Of a stretch of 64,000 nt of DNA, positions 55,271 through 64,000 are shown in pieces. Under the pieces are notes generated by a model. It saw only the letters and a list, made by a program, of their open reading frames with translations. It did not search any database and was not told the origin of the DNA. Position 1 is the first letter of the stretch. Each line of letters begins with the position of its first letter. The position numbers and the translations under genes were made by a program. The stretch covers positions 28,458,001 to 28,522,000 of the forward strand of contig OX597842.1 of NCBI GenBank assembly GCA_951406725.2, read 5' to 3'. This DNA comes from Octopus vulgaris (taxonomy: Eukaryota).

Positions 55271-56374
55271 GGAGAGCGAGTGCTAACTTAGAAATAGGTG
55301 GTAGAATGTAACAAGTTAGGGAGCAAAAGACTTGCCTCTGTGGGGTTTTGTCTCTGAAGACCTTCTGTCAAGTATTTCCTACCATTGTTATATTTTAACA
55401 TTTTATCAGTGACTAGGAAATACATTTTCCACACATTCACTCTCACATAGCTACCATCTACTCAATGGCTCCATCACGTAGTCACTAGATAACCACCATC
55501 ATTAGCATTTAATGAACAAACTTATCCCTTCGTTTATCTCTCATCACTGTATCTTAGCATCTATAATAATAATGAAATTATTGTATACAGTGCCCAGGTG
55601 CACCACAACTTGTCAAAAGTGCGTATAAAGTATATGCTGTAATGTACAAATGTCTGGGAAGTGAACAGTGTATGAGTCAGATACATACATGCGTGTGTAT
55701 GGAGAGGAGAAAATCAGGTGTGGTGATGGCGATTCTCAGGAAGCATGGAAGTTTTGAAGGATGCAGTGCTCCGACAACTAACAACTGATGCTGGCAGTTT
55801 GTTCCATGCTTCAGCAACTCTTAGCGTGAAAAAATGTTTCTGAAAGTCATGGGAGCTGTGCTATAAATGTTCTAATATCTACACAGCCTTGGTTTTTTAT
55901 CGCATTACGCAAAAAATTCTTATTTACACACACTGACAGATGACCAACGTTGAACCCCTTATTCCCCAAATCACCGAACCTGGAACTTAACTATGGTCTG
56001 TCTATAGCACTTATTCAGCATTACCTGACACCTTTGGGTCTCAATGACACCATTACCTCTTAGATCCTATATATATATATCTATATCTATATATATATAT
56101 CATCATCATCATCATCATCGTTTAGCATCCGTTTTCCATGCTAGCATGGGTTGGACGGTTCTACTGGGGTCTGTGAAGCCAGAAGGCTTCATCAGGCCCA
56201 GTCAAATCTGGCAGTGTTTCTACGGCTGGATGCCCTTCCTATATATATATGTATGTATATATGTATGTATGTATATTAGAAGTATTGGGGCTGATGTACA
56301 GATTTAATATATATGAAAGAAAAAAGATGTTCAGAATGCTGGATGGTTGTGAAAATATATATTCATATATATCA

Positions 56375-56682
56375 ACGTGATCACCGTGACCGACCAGGCT
56401 ATCAGATGTTGCTACACATCGCTGGTCACAATGCGTTTCGCATTGTTTTAGCCTTTAAATGACGCCACCCGCTGGCTAAGTGAGCAGGCCAACAGAAGAA
56501 AGCATGAGAGAAAATTGCGGCGAAAGAGTACAGCAGGGATGGCCACCACCCCCTGCCGGAGCCTCGTGGAGCTTTAGGTGTTTTCGCTCAATAAACACTC
56601 ACAATGCCTAGTCTAGGAATCGAAACCGTGATCCTATGACCGCGAGTCCGCTGCCCTAACCACTGGGCCATTGCGCCTCCAC
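56375..56682 (-). mobile_element. tRNA-derived SINE (same family as 1479-1740)
   Basis: Reverse-complement similarity over the full length. Confidence 0.9.
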
Positions 56683-57602
56683 ATTTATTTATATATCACA
56701 TATTATTACTTCATATCAACGCTTTCAACTACTCCTGTAGTTTCATCAGAAATGTCAGTTTTAAAAGTTTTGCCTGTTTTTACATTATTGGTAAATGAAG
56801 TGGGAGAGAGAGAGAGTGTGTGTGTATATAATGGGGAATAGAGGGAGGGAGAAGGTGAAACAGAGAGAGAGGGAGTGATAGGGAGATAGAGGGATGGAGA
56901 AGGTGAAAGAGAGAGAATATGGGTGTGTGTGTTTTAAAACTGTATTTTCTCTTTTTTCTTTTTTTGGGTCTTTTTGTATTTTTTGGATGACCCTTGTAAG
57001 AAATGGAAAGAGAGAAGGAAAAAGAGGGTTTGTTTTTCAATAGTAGGTGTGTTGCTATGTACCTGGATATTTCCTTCTCCTATGTTTCCGACGAAGAGCT
57101 CCGCTTGAAATGTTAAACCCTCCTTCTTTCCTGAGCGTCCAATAACACTATACTTGTTCCACGTCCTCGCGTTGTTGTGTTTTCTTGTGCTTTCTTGTTT
57201 GGATTAACTTATAAACATACATATATATATATATATATCCACATACACTCACATATATATACACATATGGAGGAACCTATTGTGAGTGTACATTTTCATA
57301 AACATTCATACATACATGTACTGTGTGTTCTTGAAAATGAGAAAGAAAGAAAGGGAAAAAAATAAAAATAAATATATAAAGAAAATGTTGTGGCCATTCT
57401 TCACTTGGCACTCCCTTGGGTTTCTAAAAGAATATGTGGTTGACCATTCAATGTTTGACATACATATATATACACCTAAACACATATCAATATGTGTACA
57501 TACATACACGTGCACACACATATTGAAACCGTGATCCGATCCGACTGAGTCCGTTGCCCGAACCACTGGGCCATTCCACCCCACACACACATTTTTCTTT
57601 AG

Positions 57603-57918
57603 TGAAGGCGATGGCTTAGTGGTCAGGACAGTCAGATCATGATCGTAAGGTCGTGAGTTCAATTCCTGGCAATGTGTTGTGTCCTTGAGCAAGACACTTT
57701 ATTTCACGTTGCTCCAGTCCACTCAGCTGGCAAAAATGAGTTGTACCAGTAATTCAAAGGGCCAGGCTTGTCACACTGAATCTCCCTGAGAATTATGTAA
57801 AGGGGTCCATGTGTCTGTGGAGTACTCAGCCACTTGCATGGAATCTAACAAGCAAAGCAGGCTGTTCCGTTGATCGGATCAGCTGGGACCCCCGTCGTCG
57901 TAACTGACAGAGTGCTCC
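57603..57918 (+). mobile_element. tRNA-derived SINE
   Basis: tggcttagtggt...gagttcaattcc head and gtccttgagcaagacactt core. Confidence 0.85.
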
Positions 57919-57930
57919 TTTTTATATATA

Positions 57931-58318
57931 TGCAGGAGTGGCTGTGTGGTAAGTAGCTTGCTTACCAACCACATGGTTCCGGGTTCAGTCCCACTGTGTG
58001 GCACCTTGGGCAAGTGTCTTCCACTATAGCCTCGGTCCGACCAAAGCCTTGTGAGTGGATTTAGTAGACGGAAACTGAAAGAAGCCCGTCGTATATATGT
58101 ATATATATATATGCGTGTGTGTGTTTATTCCCCCTAGCATTCCTTGACAACCGATGCTGCTGTGTTTATGTCCCCGTTACCTAGCAGTTCGGCAAAAGAG
58201 ACCGATAGAATAAGTACTGGGCTTACAAAAGAATAAGTCCCGGGGTCGAGTTGCTCGATTAAAGGCGGTGCTCCAGCATGGCCACAGTCAAATGACTGAA
58301 ACAAATAAAAGTAAAGAG
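57931..58318 (+). mobile_element. tRNA-derived SINE (fragments also at ~61720-61855, 62505-62650, 63665-63750)
   Basis: gtggctgtgtggtaag...gggttcagtccc head, ccttgggcaagtg core, ccagcatggccacagtc...gaaacaaataaaag end. Confidence 0.85.
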
Positions 58319-59474
58319 TATACACATATATATACACACACACATGCATATATACATACACACACACATATATATACATATACAGATGCACACACACATA
58401 TGCATATGCATATATGCACGCACGCACACATACATATACAGACGAACGCACACATGTATACTCACACATGCACATACACATATACATATATATACACACA
58501 CATATACATATGCATACACATGCACACACACACACATATATAAACATATACAGACACACGCACACATATACATACACATACAGATGCACACACACACATA
58601 CAGATGCATACACGTGCACACACACATATATACATTTACAGACACACATACATACATACATATACATACACACACATATATATGCACACACATATATATG
58701 CACACACATACACACAGCTAATGATGTAACATAAGTGCAGTGTGTATAAAACTTGTTCAATCATATTCTCCCAGTTGCCATCTTCTCTATTAAACTGTTA
58801 AATTGACCTCTGCAAAGGTCACCGAAAGGTCAACTTTGTCATTTCATCATCAACGAGTTGATCTTTCTGCAAAACGAACCCCGCCAGCCCTGCACCTGCT
58901 CCTGCCCCACCCTCGCTCCCTTTCAAAAAACCCCAAAATGTCAACGAAAAAAAGAAAAATTTCAAATTATTTTGCTAACCATGTTGCTGATGCTGTTGCT
59001 GCTGCTGCTGTTATTGTATTTGTTGTTGCTGCTGCTACTGTTGTTGTTGTTGTTGTCTATTCTGCACTTGGCACAGTTAGTCCTTAATGCTTGTTCTTAG
59101 GCTGCACATATAACTGTGCTTATATCTCTATCTTCTGTTGCATTGTTAATTTAAATTTGGCTGTGGTGGATCGAATCCACTTCATGCTTGCCAAATCCAC
59201 TACATATATATAATATATTACACGTGCATAAACATACATTCACAAATGAAAACTGAAACACATCCTCACTAATTATATACTATTTATTTATTAATTATTT
59301 CGTACTTTATTTAGTTCTAGGTAAATGTTTTATCGTATCTTTAATTTTTTTCTCTATGGTATGATTTAAGTATATCATTGTTGAATTGCTACATGGTGGT
59401 TCTTCTCTAATTTATATACATGTGTATATATAATCAAAATATATATATATTATATATATATATATATATAATAT

Positions 59475-59645
<171 letters not shown>

Positions 59646-59659
59646 GAAATCTGCAACAC

Positions 59660-61395
59660 TAATGTAGCCAAAGATAAACCCCTATACATAGCTATTGTGG
59701 ACTTGGAGAAAGCCTTTCACAGGGTCCCGCAATCCCTTATCAGGTGGGCGATGCAGAAACTGGGGATTGACTAATGGTTAATAAGGGCTGTACAGGCCCT
59801 ATACAGAGAGGTCATTAGTGAGGTTAGGATTGGCAATGAGTATAGTGAAGAATTCCGGGTAGAAGTAGGGTTCCACTAAGGATTAGCCCTCAGTCCCCTT
59901 TTATTCATCATAGTCCTCCAGGCAATAGCAGAGGAATTCAAGACAGGTTGCCCTTGGGAGCTCCTCTATGCTGATGACCTGGCCCTCATAGCAGAATTAC
60001 TACCGTAACTAGAGAAGAAATTTCAGGTGTGGAAGCAAGGTTTAGAATCAAAAGGTGTTAGGGTCAATGTAGCAAAGACCAAAGTTCTAGTAAGTAGGAA
60101 GGCGAACTCATCACACACCCCCTTAGGTAGGTGGCCCTGTTCGATCTGTAGAAAAGATGTAGGTAGAAACTCCATAAAATGTACCCAGTGTAAGCTATGG
60201 ACGCATAAGAGGTGCAGCAACATCAAAGGAAAATTAACCGAGAAGATAGCTTTCATGTGCAGCAGATGCACAGGGGCAATAGACACCATTGATACTCAGA
60301 GAACAGATTCCATCACACTCCAGGGGAAGAAACTAGAAGTAGTTGATAGCTTCCGCTACCTGGGTGGCCAAGTTAGTAGTGGAGGTGGGTGCTCAGAGAG
60401 AGTTACCACTAGAATAAGAATAGCCTGGGCAAAGTTCAGAAAGCTTCTATCCCTACTGGTGACAAAGGGCCTCTCGCTCTGAGTGAAAGGTAGATTGTAC
60501 AATGCATGTGTGCGAACTGCCATGCTTCACGGCAGTGAAACATGGGCCATGACTGCTGAGAACATGCGTAGGCTCAAAAGAAATGAAACTAGCATGATCC
60601 GCTGGATGTGTAATGTCAGTGTGCACACACAACAGAGTGTAAGTGCCCTGAGAGAAATGCTGGACATAAGAAGCATTGGATGTGGCGTGCAAAAGAGACA
60701 TTTGCACTGGTATGGTCATGTACAACAGATGGATGAGGAGAGCTGTGTGAAGAAGTGCCACTCTCAAACAGCTGAAGGAATCCAGGGTAGAAGTAGACCC
60801 AGGAAGATATGGGATGAGGTGGTCAAGCATGACCTTCGAATGTTGGGCCTCACAGAGGCAATGACGAAAGACCAAGACCTCTGGAGATATGCTGTGACTG
60901 CAAAGACCCAGCAAATAAAGTGAGTTCACGGCTGTATCCCACACCAGTTGTACAGAACCAGCCCCAGCTCACTCAAAAGTACCTTGGATCGTAGGGCAAC
61001 ATGCTGTGCTTGAGAAGACCTACTGAGTCAAGTACATCAACATCAAAATGAAAATCAAATGGAAATTGTAGTCGTGATACCCATGCCAGTGGCACATAAA
61101 AAGCACCATCCGAATGTGGCTGATGACAGCACCGCCTTGACTGGATTCTGTGTCAGTGGCAAGTGAAAAGCACCAACCGATTGTGGCCATTACCAGCCTC
61201 CTCTGTTGGTGGCACGTAAAAAGCACCCTCTACACTCATGGAGTGGTTGGCATTAGGAAGGGTATCTAGCTGTAGAAACACTGCCAGATCAGACTGGAGC
61301 CTGGTGCAGCCTCCTGGCTTCCCAGACCCTAGTCGAGCCGTCCAACCCATGCCAGCATGGATAACGGATGTTAAACGATGACGATGATGATGATG
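59660..61395 (+). mobile_element. 5'-truncated RTE LINE with stops, short 3' UTR and (GAT)n tail
   Basis: DLEKAF, YADD, PHD insert, RPRKIW; several in-frame stops (e.g. TGA 60480-60482). Confidence 0.95.
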
Positions 61396-61680
61396 TCACA
61401 CTGACATGGCTTCTCTCCTGAAGGAATGCATTGACATACAGTTAAGTTAGGTCTACGAGAGAATGATTTACCACAAATATAACCGTGACATAGCTTCTCT
61501 CTGGTATGAACATATTCATGTATAATTAAAACACCATTGACAGAGAATAAATTACAACAGATATTGTAATGTTATGGCTTCTCTCTTGTCTGAAGCCATT
61601 AGTCAAGTGACTATTTTAACAGAATTATTTACCACAGATATGAACATGATACAGCTTCTCTCTGGTATGAACATACATTG
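61396..61680 (-). pseudogene. Degenerate C2H2 zinc-finger remnant
   Basis: Repeated EKLY/EKPY...ICGKSFSR motifs with lost Cys/His residues. Confidence 0.75.
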
Positions 61681-61994
61681 ATTTCAGGGATTACTTGTAA
61701 CAAAACTGTAGAATAATGAAGGTAGTCTGTGTCATAAGAAGCCTTCTTCCCAACCACATGGTTCTGGGTTCCATCTCACTGCATGTCACTTTAGGTTTGT
61801 ATCTTTCACTATAGTCTTGGTTTCATGAAAGCCTTGTGAGTGGATTTGGTAGATGACACACATTCGATGTAGTGGATGTAAAATTAGACACTACAAATAT
61901 TTGCATATTTGTTCCCAATTTATCAGGAGAGAACCAGATGCAAAATATGTTAGTTGTTATTGTGAATGTCAAAAGAAACACATTTCACTCTTCT

Positions 61995-62228
61995 TATTTC
62001 TTTATTGTCCACAAGGGGTTAAACATAGAGGGGACAAACAAAGACAGACAAAGGGATTAAGTCGATTATATCGACCCCAGTGCATAACTGGTACTTATTT
62101 AATCGACCCCGAAAGGATGAAAGGCAAAGTCGACCTCGGTGGAATTTGAACTCACAACGTAACGGCAGACGAATATACCGCTAAGCATTTCGCCCAGCGT
62201 GCTAACGATTCTGCCAGCTCGCCGCCTT
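61995..62228 (-). mobile_element. tRNA-derived SINE
   Basis: Reverse aaggcggcgagctggcagaatcgttagcacg...gagttcaaattcc head. Confidence 0.85.
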
Positions 62229-63570
62229 CCGGAAGGAGATAATAAAAGACTGAAATATGTGGTACATTGCTGTAGTCAAGATGACCTGCCCACCTCCACA
62301 GAATTAATATCCTAAAACCTTGGTACCACATAAAAAAACCATTGGTGTTGGTACCAGGTAAAAATCACTGGTGCTGGAGCGATGTGAAAAGCACCCAGTA
62401 CACTGTAGAGTGGTTGACATTAGGAAGGGCATTCAGAAGGTTAAGAGGCACGTATGTGTATGGGTGTATATGTATACACACACACACATACACACATATA
62501 CAACCTGTGAGAACTGACACCTATGTTGGCATGTTTATGTCTCCATAATTTAGCGGTTCGGCAAAAGAATAAGTCCTGGGTCGATTTGTTCGAATAAAGG
62601 CGATGCTACAGCATGGCCGCAATTAAAGGACTGGAAACAAATAAAAGAATATACATACATACATACATAGAGACAGACATACATACATACACAGATACAT
62701 ACATACATATATACACACATACATACATGCACACATACATAAATACATACATACATATACACATACACACACATGCATACATACGTACATACATACATGT
62801 ATACATATATACATGCATATATACATACATACATACATACATACACAAATACATGCATATATACATACACACCCACACACGCACGCACACACACACATAT
62901 ATGTATATATATATATATATTTAGCAGAAGAAGGAGTGGTGTTTCCAAGCAGGAAAAGAAATATATAGGAAAATGTGTTTCTGAAAATGCACTTAAATTT
63001 CGAGACCTCTACCGTAACAAATGCTTGTTTGTGTTACCAAGAAATTTATTGAGAGTGAAAAGAAAAAGAGAATTCTAAGCAAACAATTCTAGACTTGTGT
63101 TTTAAAAAGAAATCTACAAGTCCGTCTACGAGTGCTTGTGAATCGGTGATCACATTTTCAAGTGATGGTGTGCGTGAGTCTAATGCGAGTGACAGTGATT
63201 CAGAAAACAATTCTAATAATAATACTTCTTATTATAAATGATCTCAACATTCTTTTTACTTTACATAAAATATTCTTTACATTCTGCTGTTGTTTTATTG
63301 TCATTTATTTTCGAGTATTATAAATTTTATTGATAAAATATTTTTCTGGGAACGACTTATAACCTTGCTATTATGGGAAATTATAGCACCGTTTTGCGAG
63401 TTTTCGCTTTACGAGCGATCTCTGGGAACAAATTAACTTGTATATCGAGGCATTACTGTATATACCTCCCTACCACCCTACATTCATACATAATACATAC
63501 ATATATATATATATACACACACACGCACACAACATACGTCACGCATCCTCTTCCAAGTAAATTTTGTATA

Positions 63571-63612
<42 letters not shown>

Positions 63613-63766
63613 TGTATGTATGCATAAATATATATACATACATATATATATATACATCTCCAAGGGATCTGGGTTCAAGTCCCATGGCTGGTTGTTGACA
63701 AATTTTTTAATGACGGTGCCCCAGCATGGCCACAGCTCATGAGCTGAAATTAGATGGAATGTAATG

Positions 63767-63813
<47 letters not shown>

Positions 63814-64000
63814 TGTGTATTGGTGAGTGTATGTATATATATGTGAAGGGTAGGAGAGTCCAGTTTGCTGGACATTGTTGTAGAGCTGAAAAAGAAGTAA
63901 TTTCTACTCTTCTCCTCTGGAAGCCATCTACTCGCAATACCAGAGGGCGCACACTCTCCTACCCTGATGTAATCTCCAGGGATACAGGCATCCAGCAACA

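Noticed and set aside
57931-58005. tRNA genes at SINE heads
   Set aside because: No complete cloverleaf; they continue into SINE bodies.

Overview
AT-rich, microsatellite-dense animal DNA. The repeat families (RTE LINEs with (GAT)n tails, tRNA-derived SINEs) and the decayed C2H2 zinc-finger arrays suggest an octopus/cephalopod genome; this is recognition, not a database result. Most ORF-track entries are microsatellite artefacts. The main feature is one ~34-kb, 17-exon gene on the + strand (15106-49138), assembled by hand from splice sites. It encodes ~15-16 ankyrin repeats, then a Mind-bomb-like C3HC4 RING, then a tandem array of five symmetric micro-exons, then a death domain (~800 aa). A recent internal duplication of two ankyrin exons shows ~24 amino-acid-changing codons against 1 synonymous change while the flanking introns differ by only ~1-2%, and many changes fall on the ankyrin binding surface. 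This makes it a candidate rapidly diversifying sensor/E3 ligase. Three to four 1-nt frame discrepancies leave open whether this copy is functional. The rest is transposon material: a 5'-truncated RTE LINE with an intact RT that has a PHD finger inserted inside it, many RTE/CR1/R4-like fragments, SINEs, several MITE-like foldbacks (one with an 8-bp TSD and telomere-like internal repeats), a ~100-bp satellite, and two C2H2-ZNF pseudogene remnants.
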